Positions 37,747 through 51,032 of a stretch of DNA of 64,000 nt are shown in pieces. Within the stretch, counting starts at the first letter, position 1. The number at the start of each line of letters is the position of its first letter. Origin of the DNA: Tricharina praecox (taxonomy: Eukaryota). The notes under the pieces are model-generated. The model saw only the letters and a list, made by a program, of their open reading frames with translations, had not been told where the DNA came from and did no database searches. The stretch lies in the NCBI RefSeq assembly GCF_024521635.1, contig NW_026250419.1:744001-808000 (forward strand), in the 5' to 3' direction. Made by a program: the position numbers and the translations under genes.

Positions 37747-38763
37747 ATGTCCCAGTATCTACGGTTACCGACACCGAAGGTGCGTTCTTTGTGTCCCTTG
37801 CGTGTGTGTGGGTGTGGAGGGGGAGCGATGCAACTAACGAGATCGCACACTCAGAAATTTCTCGGCTTCTTCGACCTCCAGCATGGCGCCCAAGTCGTTC
37901 TCATGAGCGTGCTGATAAATAAGTGCTCCGGGGTTGTCGGAGTGCTGGCAATACTCAGCGGTTTGTCGCCCATATCCACCATCATCCTCATCGTCATCGT
38001 CACCTTGATAAATGGCGGGCAGATCAAAAAAAGCTAATCGCAAACAGGTGCACAAATTTCCGTGGTACAATTGTCCATGTACGTCTACTCGCTCAGCCTG
38101 TTCGGCTTCCTCTGCTACCTCACGCCGAGCATCCGTAAGCGCTCGCCACTCGCCGCGCTCTCGTTCGCCTACATCTACCTCCTCGACTCGGTAATAAACA
38201 TAGCGTACACGATACTCTTCGCGGTGTCGTGGTTCCTCGTGCTCGCGGCCAAGCACGCAACATCGCCTGCAGTAGTCGCATCTGCTGCGAACACGATCGA
38301 CAAAACCGCCGGCTTCACGTCACCCGCGCTCAACGTTTCCGCCGTCAACGTGGTCGTCACACCTGCCGACACGCTAATGGGCGGGCAAAACGCGGTGGCA
38401 GTCGGCACACCCGCGGATGCGGCAGCCACTGGCATTGGTGCTGGCGTGCTGCAGCCGGAATCCGCTACTAGCATCTTCATCATTGCTATCTTCTGGACCA
38501 TCCGGCTCTATTTCGTGGTCATCATCTTTGCGTGGGCCCGACACGTCGTGCGGACTAGTGCCACGCCGTCCGAGGAGCCCTTCGAGGGGAGGAATAATGG
38601 CGAGGGGTGGCAGGGGCGCCTCGGCAGGGCGCTGATTGGTGTTGGGAAGAGCTACTGGCAGGGAGATGGGTGGGCTCCCCTCGGCGGAAACAAGTTTCGT
38701 CGCAGCACGGAGCCCAGCGATGGACGAAGATTTAGGAGGGAGAGAATCACCGTCGAGGTATAG
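37747..38763 (+). CDS. KEI1: Inositol phosphorylceramide synthase regulatory subunit (Kei1 family)
   Basis: Introns 37780-37854 and 37961-38047. LRLPTPKKFLGFFDL, INKCSGVVGVLAILSG, QLSMYVYSL, YLLDSVIN, QPESATSIFII, IRLYFVVIIFAWAR. Confidence 0.88.
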
Positions 38764-40091
38764 AGGGATCACATATCTCGAAACGGGAGGGGGGGGGCAA
38801 CCTTTAGTTTTGGGGCGGACGGGGTCCAGGCGGACGAGAGTGATGGGTAGTGGGGTGGAGCCGGACAGCGTCCGTGCGAGTGCGGGGAGATTGGGTTTTT
38901 TTTTCGGTGTGATTGTGGGCGGGTGGGGTGGGGGTGGGGCGGGGGTTCATTTTCGGCGCGGTAATCGGGGATGCTCCGTTCGTTCGTCGGGTGTTTGGAT
39001 TTTGAATCTCATATTGGATCTCTCAATTTTATTTTCTCACGTTGCATAGCAGGATTCGTCTGTCTGTCTGTCGGTCTGTCTGTATATCGTTGTCATCAGC
39101 TTCTTCCTCCCACTGCAGTTCGGTGGTGTTCTTTTCTTTTTCTTTTTTGTTGGTTTACTTTTTACTCTACATACTCTAATGTTCCTGTGTTTGTTCCGTC
39201 CACCACTGTCAGGGCGGATGGGATGGGTTGGCTATTTTACTGGCTGCCGGTTGCGATGGATTGAGATATCGATACTAGCACTTTCTTCAGGTGCGAATCG
39301 GAGTTGTGGGAGGGGCCAATACCGACCTGAGGTACATACTGTACCTACTGCACACCATGCGATGATGTATGTATCCTACATACATGATACCATAGGTACC
39401 GAAGCTACCTACCTATAGTGTTAGTTCAGTTATTACCTACACGCGCACGGCCCTGACGCACAGGGAAGAGCTTAGAGGAGGAGAAGGTGGTGGGCGGTGG
39501 GCCATGATGCTGAACGTCATGCAGAGAACATTGCGCAGCATGATTCGTCATCAAAACCTTCTGTATCATACTTCCGTTGCTTCCAGCGCAAGCTTGCGTC
39601 TCGTCTCGTCTCGTCTCGTCTCGTCTTGTCCTCGCTAGCGATCATGCATGCCATGCAACCAAACGTCTCGCACTTGCCTGTGAAGTCGGAGACGAGCGAG
39701 AGGGAGGGAGGATCGGGGGTCGGGACGCGCTCGAGTGATGCCGCTGGAACTGCAGCCTGACGAACTTCCTGCCTCTGCCTTTTGCCCTTTGTCCCCCTCC
39801 CCGCCCCGCTTCTGTGTCACTCCCACTACGGTACATATCTCATGATTCCCACAGCGAACGAACAGAACAAACTCCCGGTGCCATTGGCCGGAGCAAATCG
39901 AATCGCCCCTCCCCCTCCCCCGTCCTCGCGTAAAATGCCCGATCTTCACGGCGAAAGGGATAACCCTCCGCGACGCTGTCGACGACGATGGTGTTGGGAG
40001 ACCGTGAGGCTTGAGGCTGAAGCACACACATACACACATAGAAACTACGCCCATGGACTACGCCTAGTCTGGCTGCAACATGGCTACCGTA

Positions 40092-40134
40092 TGGACTGGA
40101 TGTGGACTGGATATGGACTGGATACGGACTGGAT
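40092..40134 (+). repeat. 11-bp tandem repeat ((T/C)GGACTGGAT(A/G)) x4
   Basis: Read directly. Confidence 0.85.
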
Positions 40135-41449
40135 GTTCATCTAGCGTGATTCCGGCGCCCTTCCACGGCGTCCACCATGGCGCCCACCGTCCACCGTCCA
40201 GTCCACCGTCTACGGCATGGGACCGACCATGGGGCCGACCATGGGTGTGTTGTCCACGATGTCCACGATGTCTACCTCATACCTCATACACAACGGGACA
40301 ACCAACTGGGGAACTAGGTTACCACTCTATTCTATTACGGTTGTAAACGTTAAACGCGCCTACCTCTAGGGTATATGATATATTTATTCCCTCCAGCAGG
40401 CAGGGGCCAGGGGGGGCTCGGGGAGGGGTGAAGGGTCGTGATGGATTCGCCGGCCGCACTGAATCCGGCGGTGGGAAATATATGGATGGATGGATGGTAG
40501 CCAACTACCGTATGGATCGTATGGATCGTATGTATAGTATGCCCTGTAAAAGGCCAGACCGAACGCCACACGTGCCCAGGCCGCCGACTGAGGACTCGCA
40601 GTCTTGCAGTCTCGCAGTCTCGCACCCAACCCAACCCAACCCAATCCAACTGCAGTGTGTACGGGGTGCGCGTGCATATAGTGGTAGTGGTAGCTTGGAG
40701 ATATCATACATTATGTACCGACCAGCTATTTACCGTGGCATAGCATATATATCCCCGCGGTTTTGGTTGGTGGCTTGGTGGAGTGGAATGCGGCACACTA
40801 CCGTACCGTATCATGGAGCACTCCCTCATAGAGTAGTAACCGCTTACTCTACATATTCCGGTCCGGCACGAGGTCGGACTCGATCTGCATGCTCAAGTAC
40901 GCATTGTACAGTACGTACCAGTAACTACCGGACCCGGTGCAGTGTATCCAAACGGAACCGCACCATTGCCGTAGGTATTATTGTTTTTCTTGGGAAGTAA
41001 AGGCAGGGGGAACACTCGGGCGTGGATTTTGAGTTTTCAGTCTGCCACGTCGTTGGGAGGGGAGGGGGAAGGGAATCATGGCGCTTGTGGATGGATGCTG
41101 ATAATGCATGTAATGCGAGGAGGGTTTTCGGCCCAGCTACATACGCATGCATCCCGAGCTCGGCAATTTCTCGCCAGTGAAGGGAAGATGCGGCCAGTCG
41201 ATGCCCATGCTCATGTCCATTGTGTCCCGAGGTTTGGGGGAAGTAGAAGTGGTCACGGCGGGGAGGGGAGGAGGGATGGAGGTTGAACCCGAGAACTACA
41301 TACAAGAACCAAGAAACTATGTACGGCCTAGGCTGTGGGGGAGCTGCTGGTGGTGACTGGGGGGCGGCGTGCAGACGTGGCGAGATTGGTGATGGGAGGA
41401 CAGGCATGATGCCGGCGACTGGTGGGAGGAGGCGGTCGGTGAGGAGGAC

Positions 41450-41485
<36 letters not shown>
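41450..41485 (+). repeat. (GAT)n microsatellite, about 12 units
   Basis: Read directly. Confidence 0.95.
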
Positions 41486-41486
<1 letters not shown>

Positions 41487-43423
41487 GCGGGGGGAGGGGA
41501 CCAACAGGATGATGGAAGCTGAGGGCATTACGGGACTGGCAGACTGCGTTCTGCGTTCTGGTGGAATGAAGTTAACTCACTAACCAGTGTACGCCACTGC
41601 ACCTCCACCCGGAACTCCAGCCCTGACAAGCGAAGCCCGCTGTCATTCGCGCGGCTAAAATCTAGCGCGAATGGGGCCCCGTGCCCAGGTCTGCAGTTGG
41701 AGATTCAGCCCGAAGCGTCCCATTCCGACCGTCTGCTGGCCCCTACCGTGCTCTACTCTCTGCTCTAGTGCGCCCCACTCATAGAGTACGGTAGACCCCC
41801 GACCTCAGACCCCAGACCCGAGACTCCCCAGACTCCTGGACTCCCAGAGTGCATCCATGATCCCCTGCCAGGAAGCAGAGTTGCTCTACCACTACTATAC
41901 ATAGCACTATCTACCAATTACTCTACACGCATCCACTGTCGAGCACCCGCCCACGCGCCGATGCATTCCCTCCGTCTCCCAGCTTAGAGTAGCTCCGCAT
42001 CATCCAGCGGGTGATCCACTGCATGGAGGTGGAAGCAGTGAGATCTTTCGTGGTTGAGAGGGATTGGACGCTCACGGCGGGGTCTGATGGCCATATCGTA
42101 TCTGCCCACGCCCTGAAGGTCTGCGGAGCTGCAGAGCTGGGGGAGCTGCACAGCTGCAACACAAATCCCCGGGGTCGTGACCTGAAGAGTACTTCCAGAG
42201 GTGTTCTGCAGAATGTCTGGCTACGATAAATCATTCTCCCTTTCCGCCTTCCAGTGTCACCGCCCGAAACGTTGTCCCCGCCAGTTACCCAGTACGGTTG
42301 CTGGAACTTGCTTGCGTGCCAGTCCTGAAAGCTCACCACCGTCCACCCCCCGGTCATCCGCGATACCAAGCCTACCTGTCGATTGCCCCACTTCGTCCAC
42401 CCCGTTTCTCCCTCATCCAACCTCACGACAATCAACCCTCCCCCCCCCCCAACCGCTAGACGAATGGAACCAAACTACACATTCCCCTCGCCCCCCCGGG
42501 GCTTGCCAATCCAACGTACAGCTGCTCCCAGAGGACTGGAAGGGCCTCTGCACAGGCTAAGGCAGGGTTGCATCCTCACCTCTGTCCAGTCTGACGGTCC
42601 ATTTTGGAATGGCGAGACGCTATTGTCTGATAATCCACCTATAGAGGCCGCTCTATTGCAGAGACGATGGGTCCCCCCGCTGCCCACCGGCCCCTCCTCC
42701 TCCATTGCATCATCCTGCAGTCGATTGAACCCCAGGAGAGGTAGCTGGACGCCCTAGGGTGGGGCGGGGAAGCGCCAATGATGCGGCGGAACGAAAGCCT
42801 CCCCCCTCCCCTCTCCTCGCCAGCCCACCCAGCGCAACGACCGGCGGGCCCTCCTTTCGGCATCGAGTACGGTACGGTCTATGGATGGCGCAGGGCGGGC
42901 GTTCTGGAAAGGCTGCTGGCTGGGTCGAATCAACCCCCACAAAGGGCTACATAGTTCCTTCGTCCGCGCATACTGCGCTCAACTTCTTCTTTTCTTCGCG
43001 GCTCGAGGAACCACCAGACCCCACTCCCCGTACGCTTCCCGCTTCGGATCGTGAGCGCGGCCGAGTCGAGTTATGCCCGGACGTTCTTTTGTCTATTTAT
43101 CGGCGGCGTCTGCTATTGTTTGTTGCTAGTGACTACTTACAGCGAACTACAAAAACGAATACCGAACGAAGCACACGACAGCAACGCACACGACAGCAAA
43201 GCACAGACAGACGGGCAGACGGACAGTTGGACGGACGGACAGACACACGGACAGACACACACACACAGACTCGGACACCCGGACACACACACGGACAGAC
43301 ACTCGGAAACGCAGACGGACCAGCTCGAGATATACATATACACACCTATATATCAAACAAATAACTCGACCCCCACCCAAACTGACCATCTCCGCGGTGA
43401 AAGGAAAGCACAAAGAGGAAAAG

Positions 43424-44449
43424 ATGCCGTCTCGAAATTTGCCGCTCACGCCCACTTCCATCCCCGTCGAGCTCCTCCTCCAAATCGCCGACAACCTCTG
43501 CCCCGAGGACGTCCACTCTCTTTGTCGCGCAACCATAGGCCTCTCCGATACCCTCGAAGACTATTTCTACCAGCGTCTCCTCAACGACTACTCCCAATCT
43601 CAAGGCCTCGCGCTCACCTGGGCCTGCGCGGAAGGGCACGCCGGCGTGGTCCGCTTCCTCCTCAACCACGCGGACAGCACGATTGAACACCCGATCCCGC
43701 TCCCGGACGACCTGATCTCATATCACGGTCCCGAAGCAGGGAACCCTCTCATCGTCACCGTCCGCGCAGACCGGGGATGCATCATTCGAATCTTTCGCTG
43801 GAACGTCTACACGAGGAAGGTGGGCACCCGGCCCGACGAACCACTAGACTCCCGCGAGCGGGCACGTCGCGTGGAAATCGTCCAACTCCTCCTCGTCCGC
43901 GGCGTCAACTTCGACGGCGTCGACGACAACCAGAAGTCCGCACTCCACTACTGCAGCCAGTACGGCGAGAGCGAGCTATGTTACCTCCTCCTAATGTGCG
44001 GCGCAAAGGCCTCGGCCTTCGACTACGGCCACCTCACACCACTCCACCTCGCCGTCACCTGTAATCGCAGCGAGACGCTGAGGGTCCTCCTCGGCTTCGA
44101 GAGCGTCCGGCGGACCATCGACATGGGCACCGAGGACGACGATACGGCACTCATCCTCGCCGCTGAGGCGGGGTACATCGAGATCGTGACTATGCTCCTC
44201 GAGCACGGCGCCAACTTCAACCTTCGTAACTTTACGGGTGACAGTCCGCTTTCCCTTGCCGAGTTGAATGGCAATCACCAAATCGTCGGTGCCTTACGCA
44301 GCTTTGGCGCCAGGCATGATAATGAGCTCATGACGGTCAAGGAGTTAGTGGAGGAGGAGGATCATCAGGGTGGGAAGCTCGGTGATGTCTTTGTCCCGGC
44401 TCCATATCAAACCATCGGAAGCAATGGTGCCGGGGGAGAGGGAGAATAG
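43424..44449 (+). CDS. F-box-like plus ankyrin-repeat protein, intronless
   Basis: ATG 43424. N-terminal SIPVELLLQIADNLCPEDVHSLCRA is F-box-like. Ankyrin repeats ALTWACAEGH, SALHYCSQYG, TPLHLAV, TALILAAEAG, SPLSLAELNG. Confidence 0.88.
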   Translation: MPSRNLPLTPTSIPVELLLQIADNLCPEDVHSLCRATIGLSDTLEDYFYQRLLNDYSQSQGLALTWACAEGHAGVVRFLLNHADSTIEHPIPLPDDLISYHGPEAGNPLIVTVRADRGCIIRIFRWNVYTRKVGTRPDEPLDSRERARRVEIVQLLLVRGVNFDGVDDNQKSALHYCSQYGESELCYLLLMCGAKASAFDYGHLTPLHLAVTCNRSETLRVLLGFESVRRTIDMGTEDDDTALILAAEAGYIEIVTMLLEHGANFNLRNFTGDSPLSLAELNGNHQIVGALRSFGARHDNELMTVKELVEEEDHQGGKLGDVFVPAPYQTIGSNGAGGEGE

Positions 44450-45174
44450 TCGCGAGTTCGAGGTCGGGTTGACGGCGATCATGTGACACCCGTCCCAAGC
44501 GCCATCACTCGATACCTAGCCCACCGAGGGTCCCGACAGTACTGACTCGTACGATGTACATAGTGTAGTCTACTTTGCTTTGATCTACTTTACTTTACTT
44601 TACGACTGCACCATGGGGATTTCCTGGTTGACTCCCGCGTGTATTTCCCTTCGTTCTTCCCCTTTTACTGCTTTTAGTGTTAGTCACTATTCCCCTTCTA
44701 CTCTACTTCATGTTGTGCGGACATATTTGTTTATTGCCCATACACCCTATAGTTTCACGCTGGCCCTTCTTATTCTTCTTAGTTCTTCTTAGGTCTTCTT
44801 AGTCCTCCGTTCTTCTCATTTCGATACGCGTAGAGACAGATACGGGCATGTAGATGTTTTTTCCGTTCTGTCTCCTGAGTCCTGTGGATGATTGTCATTT
44901 TTTGTTAGCTACCTACCTTGGCTTTACTACCCAATTTATATTTCCGAGCTGTAGTAATGATTCTTTTCCATCAGCTTTATCATGGGACTGAACGTACTCG
45001 AAACGTCTGTACTGTCCACGTCCCGTTTACGGTCTATGGTTTGCAGTTTAACCGCGCGTTAGCGATATCGGTACCCGCAAGCCGGGTGCAGGCTGCAGGC
45101 TGCGGGTTCTTCTAATCCGCCTCCACCTAATTTGACGGGACATATTGACTACTAGGTGAAAGCGTCCATCACAA

Positions 45175-45282
45175 GGCAGGATGGCCGAGTTGGTTATGGC
45201 GCCAGGTTAAGGTCACCTTAATACAATCGTTTCGATTCCTGGTTCGGGAAACTGAGCGTGGGTTCAAGTCCCACTCCTGTCA
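45175..45282 (+). tRNA. tRNA-Leu(AAG) with 24-nt intron
   Basis: Identical, including the intron, to the reverse complement of 37086-37193; followed by T-runs. Confidence 0.96.
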
Positions 45283-46620
45283 CGATATCTTTTGTTTTGG
45301 GAGAATTTTTCATTCAAATTATTTTTATCTTTGGGGGTGGGTGTCTGAATGCGACATAGACGCAGTCACATGGCGCACAGCCCTATCTTGATCGATGCCA
45401 TCCAAGGGCAGAGATCGTGAACTCTGTCTACATGTACTGGTATGTAGGCAGTGCTTGACCTCCACGCCAGTCCTACATATCAGCTCCATTGAACCGCCGT
45501 ACATATCGTAGAGTACAGAGAAGTCCACCGCGTAAGGAATGCGGGTTAGTGGTACCCAGTGGAGGTATGGTGCCCGCGATCAATACCTAGAGTAAAGGCA
45601 TTGCAACAGGAAGTCTATCGAGTAGTAGAGTCTACAGCTGAGCTGGCCACAAAAAGAAACCGGCATTGACCTCTCGGATATGCGAACTCAACATTGAACA
45701 CATACATAGTACACATAGCGATGACCTGAGTTATGGTTTTTGCTTCATCATGATGCATTCGACCAACCTATGTACCTACCTACCAATCTACTCCGCCGTA
45801 GATAAACGAATGATTACGGTCTGTACCGCCTCCTAGATACCTAGGATGTGAGTGTGTACGGTGATGATTCCGAAAGCAAAATGTTCTACCACTCGTAGTA
45901 GCCGAGTGACATCCCGTGTCCATTCCGCTCGGATCATCATCGATCATACTCTGTCTGCAATCCGTTTTCCAATCCGGTGGTTTCAACTTTCTAATCCGTA
46001 CTCTACCTACTCTACTTGTACACCACATCCCTCGCAAAGCCAGTGCACTTCTTTACGGTGAAAGCACGCACACCTCACTCCACCCCTCCACTCCTCCACC
46101 ATCAACAGTAAAACCCAAATATATACCCACCGTACGACGTCATGAGCGCTTCCACCTGTAACCCGCATCCGGTACATCCGCGCCGCAAGCGGTCTGGCCC
46201 GTGTCTTTGGCCCGTATCCATTTGGCCCGTGTCCCCACACACGTGAATGAGATATTTTGGGTAACAAGTAGGTATCGTATGCTTACACTCGAGTGATCGC
46301 TTCGCACGTGGCATTCGGGCCAGAGAAGTAGGTATAATTAAACGTAGCAGTATTCTATGGCAGGCAGATACTTTGTTTGTGACAGAAAGAACCTTACATG
46401 TGCGCCCCCCTCCCCCTCTCCCTCCCATCCCCTCCCAAAGAAAACAAAAACCATCCCACCCATACATATCATATTCCGATCCGTTCATAACCAAAATCCC
46501 GCGTAAAGAGAGAGAGTCCATCCATCGTGTCAAGTCATTAGTGTGCATGCATGTACGCCATATACTTTTAAAGAAAAGAGAAGGAAATGAAATGAAGGAA
46601 CGCCAAAAAGAAGAAGTAGA

Positions 46621-49600
46621 TTAGACGAGGACCACAGCGGCGCCGAGAATACCCGCAAAGACAAGGTGCAGCGGCAGGAACGACGATGCGAATGCGGCTG
46701 GCCGGGAGCCGGCCATGGCGGCCGAGGAGCGAGAGGCGCTGGCACGTCCGGTGCTGGCGGATGTCGTCGTTGCGGATTCGTCGGAAGTAGTGGTGCTGGC
46801 TTCGACAGTGCTGCTGCTGGTGCCGCTCACGACTACCGTTGTGCCGTCGGATACGGTGGTCGAACCGTCGAGGACAAAGGTGCTTCCTCCGATTACGGTG
46901 GTGGTTCCACCGACTACCGATGTTGATCCGCCCATGACGGTGGTCCGCACATCCCCGGTTGGCTCGGGGTCCATGAGCAACGTCGTTCCTCCGATCACTG
47001 TTGTGCGTCCATTGATGGCTGTGGTCGTGCCGCCGACTACCACTGTCCTCTCTGCTCCTTGGGTTATAACCGCAGTAACGCCGCCGACGACGGTGGTGCG
47101 TCCGTTGACGACTGTTGTGGTTCCACCGATGACGGTGGTCATTTCGTCACTGCCCCCGGTTATGACTGCCGTGGAGCCCCCGACGACGGTGGTCCGTCCG
47201 TTGGCGACTGTCGTGGTCCCACCGATGACGGTAGTCATTTCCTCACTTCCTCCAGCAATGACCGACGTTATTCCACCGATGACAGTGGTCTGCCCACCCA
47301 CCACCATAGAGGTCCCGTCAATGACTGTAGATGTTCCGCCGATGACGCTGGTAGTCCCGCCGATGACGGTAGTTCTTCCCTCAGTTCCTCCAGCAATGAC
47401 CGACGTTATTCCACCGACGACTGTGGTCTGCCCACCCACCACCATAGAGGTCCCGTCAATGACTGTAGATGTTCCGCCGATGACGCTGGTAGTCCCGCCA
47501 ATGACGATAGTCCTGTCCGGGCCACCAATGGCAACCACCGAAGTCGTTCCGCCGAGGACCGTGGTCTGTCCTCCGATGACGGTTGGTGTTACGCCGACGA
47601 CCATGGTCTGTCCTCCGATCACGGTGGATGTTCCATCGACAACCGTGGTCTGTCCTCCGATCACGGTCTGTGTTCCGCCAGCGACTGTGGTCTGTCCTCC
47701 GATCACGGTGGGTGTTCCGCCGACGACTGTGGTCCTCACTTCGCCACCACCATTACCGGCCATAACTGTGGTCGTTCCACCAACAACTGTCGGTGTACCT
47801 CCGATGACTGTAGAGAATCCGCCGATGAACGTCAAGGAGCCGCCAATGATCGTGGGTGCACCGTCGACGGTTGTCCGGGTGCCGCCGGTCATGATGGGAA
47901 CCCCACCGATAACCGTGGTGACCCCGCCGACGACCGTGGGGGTTCCGCCTAGTACAACCGTAGTTGGAGTCCCGCCGCCACCACCATTCACAGGCACAAC
48001 CCTTGTCGTCCCTCCAAGCACCACGGTCGGTCCTTCTGGAATATCGATTGTAACCCCGCCGACAACCGTGGTCCTTACGGGTCCTCCGTCCGGAGCTACA
48101 ACCCTGGTGGTTCCTCCGACGGTGGTTGGACTTCCCAATACAACGGTTGGAGTGCCGCCGATAACTGTTGTCACCACAGCATCACCAGGGATCGGAGCAA
48201 GAACAGGAGTAACCGCGGGCCTTCCATTGTTCGTTGTCACTGCATCAGTAGTTACGTCTCCTGGCGGCTGCTGTGGTACTGGCCGAGGCTGCTGTTGTAC
48301 TGGAGGTTGCTGTGATACTGGTCCTGGAGGCTGCTGTGTTACCGGTGGCGGTACCTGGGTCGGCACCTGTGGATTTTGTGCCAAGTCTTGAGTCGTATCC
48401 CCTCCTGATGCTCCATCATTAGGTATAGCTGTGACTGGGGCCCCACCACCGGAGCCGGGCAGCCTGGGAGGCTGCACCCATACCGTCCTGGGATTTGAGA
48501 CCTCATTGATGGTCGAAGTAACAGTGACAAAAATTTCCGTAGGCGTAGGCTTGGGCTGGGCCCCAGGCGTCGTTCTTGTTACTGTTTCAGCTTCCCCGGC
48601 TGAGGTTGAGGGGAAAGCGATGGTCTCGGACATCGAAGGCTGTGCGGTAACGGTTGTGACTTTTGTTTTGGTGAAAGTTGAGACGAAACTCTTGGAGAGG
48701 GTTTTCGACATGGTCACGGTGATGGTCTTGCGTGGCGAGCAGGATGGTAGCGTATGCACTCCTCCTCCCGTCCCGGTAATAATTTCGGTGACATCTCTAC
48801 CGTAATAATACCCATATCGTTTGTCCCTTTTCCTCACAGAATGAGCTGTGGTCATAGTGCCGTTGCTGGGAGCGGTGGCGGTGGCAGGCGTCCACGACTG
48901 CGAATCAAAAGTATTGAATTCATCGGTAGGCGGTGGTTGATCCAGGCGAGTCCAGGTCATTGTGACATCGGACGTCGGAGCGACAACGACAACGACAACA
49001 GTCCGTGTGGTTTTTTCTTGCGTTGCAGTGCTGGCTGCGAGCGTGTCTGTGGCTGTAGCATCTTCTGCCGTAGTAGCGCCTCCCGTGCCCGGCATCAGCG
49101 CGGTACTCGTAGCATTCGGCGGCAGTTTCGTGAATGTCAGGACAGGACGAGGCGGTGCCATGAATCGAGTCGAGGTGACGGTTTGGGTGACAGACGCGAT
49201 TGCCGTAGTCATGGTTTTATACTTGTAGACAGTCGTTGTTACGGGGTCGGTTTCACATATCTCCGGAGGAAACGGAGAGTATATGGGATAGGGAGGAGAT
49301 GACGGGGCATGGGGACGAGAACTGGGGCCATGAGGAAGATGAGATGACGGGACATAAGGAGGAGACGTGGTTTCATAAGGAGGAGTTGGACGGTTGACAG
49401 TCGTCGTCGTGTTGTGGAAATAGGGGTTATGGTCCCAAACCCTCCGAGGAACCAAGTGTTCCGATGTTGTCGTCGTTGTATGTTTGGCTGCAGATAAGGA
49501 TGTCAGTTTTCTCTCGCGATATATATCTGAGCGCGAACGAACTCAATGCGTACCGTATTCAAGGCGCTCCGCAGAGGCGGTCCCGCAAGCGGCTAAGGCC

Positions 49601-49629
49601 GCCAGAAGAGGCCCACCGACGAACCGCAT
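46621..49629 (-). CDS. Secreted, predicted GPI-anchored Thr/Val/Gly-repeat cell-surface protein (adhesin/mucin-like)
   Basis: Exon 1 49629-49554 encodes the signal peptide MRFVGGPLLAALAACGTASA. Intron 49553-49488 (GTACGC...CTGAC...CAG) joins the 944-aa ORF in frame. Dozens of TTV(I/V)GG units; C-terminus of small residues plus hydrophobic tail FLPLHLVFAGILGAAVVLV. Confidence 0.88.
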
Positions 49630-51032
49630 GGCTGCTGGTGCTGCTGTTTTGACGACGGCGGTAATAGCGATGGTGATGCTGCAGCAACTACACTACCAGC
49701 CAAGGCAGGAGGCAGAACGGGTTCGTGGGGGGATGATGGTCACTTTAACGACTGTTGACTGTTGACGGGGAACGAACGTGTGTATACCTAGCACAGCATT
49801 GCATTCAGTCCAGGGCGGGCAGGGCAGCCTTTTTGTCTGGCGCATCGCAGCCATCCATTGGGTGCATTCTGATGTGCACGTAACACAACTAACTAATTTT
49901 AGCCTGGCAATCATCGCTCATTGCACAACACACAAACGCACACCCGCTCCAGGCACCTGCCCAGCACCCAGTGCCACCGAGTTCCAGCCGGACAACCAGA
50001 CGAGAGGGGAACGGAAAATCCTCTTCAGCGATCTGGGTGGCGTGTAGAATACTGCAGTACTGGTGGAGTAAATGGAGCAGGGCATGTCGGGGGGTGAGTG
50101 CTTACTGCTCTATCTAGCACCCAACACCTGCTTTACTCCGACCATATACTCTACCAATATCACAGCCGCAGCAGTCATGGCCGTCTGCCGTTGGTCGGGG
50201 CAGGACGCGACGCCCGATGATGAGCGGCGGATTTCCCATTGCGGGGCCCCTGTTGTCGCGAATAGAGCCAGTCAGAGGCCTGCAAGCGGGCGGACGATCT
50301 GATGGGGGGAAGAACTGGAGGGAATCCTCCCTGCGGACGTGGAGCAGCAATTACTAGCACGCAGTCGTCTCTCGCAGCCTGCAGATTATTGATCCCAGTC
50401 CTCCGAAGACCATGTAGACCATGTCGACTGTGAAGATGCATAAGTCTCCATACTAACTAGCATGATTGGCCCGCCGCCTCCATAGGGATCAAGCATCGGG
50501 GATTCGTCTGCGCGCAGGCGGGTTCACTTGGCTGTGCTAAGCAGTTGCCATCCTGGGAACTGTTGTCAGCCTGGAGTTCATTCCTTGACTTCGAGACCGT
50601 CGATGATGAGGGGGTCCCCTCGGGCCGGTCTTTGATTTCAGGCGGTACCGCAGCCCATGTGCTCTGTCCTGCCAACGTCCTCTCTCGCTTTCCCGAATAC
50701 TCACTTACATACACTCGCTCACTCCTTGTGGCCTCCAGCCCCCCAACTGCATACCATCCCGTCCGTCTTTTCCGTCGCTCGCTTCTCTCGCCTTACCCGT
50801 TCGGCTCCACACGAGCATGTACTCAGAACTCTAGGGCATGAAGCCGTAGTCGGTCGAGCACAGGTAATTAATCCCTGAGAAAGAAGGAAAAAAACAGCCC
50901 CATCGCTGCCGTGGTCGGGACTCCCTCCGCTCGTCGTCGGAATCAGGCTCCCACACTCTGGATAGTCACCTGAATACCATCGCATATTCTTCCCCCTCCT
51001 CATCCTCCTCCTAATCCTCCTCCCCCGCGCGC

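Noticed and set aside
38800..43400. Short ORFs upstream of the ankyrin gene, including poly-Met/poly-His and CV-repeat frames
   Set aside because: Explained by (GAT)n and (CA/GACA)n repeats; no recognisable domain.
46715..48391. 558-aa + strand ORF with PPTTVV repeats (and the overlapping 297-aa ORF)
   Set aside because: Antisense shadow of the repetitive GPI-protein gene, which has the signal peptide, intron and C-terminal anchor.
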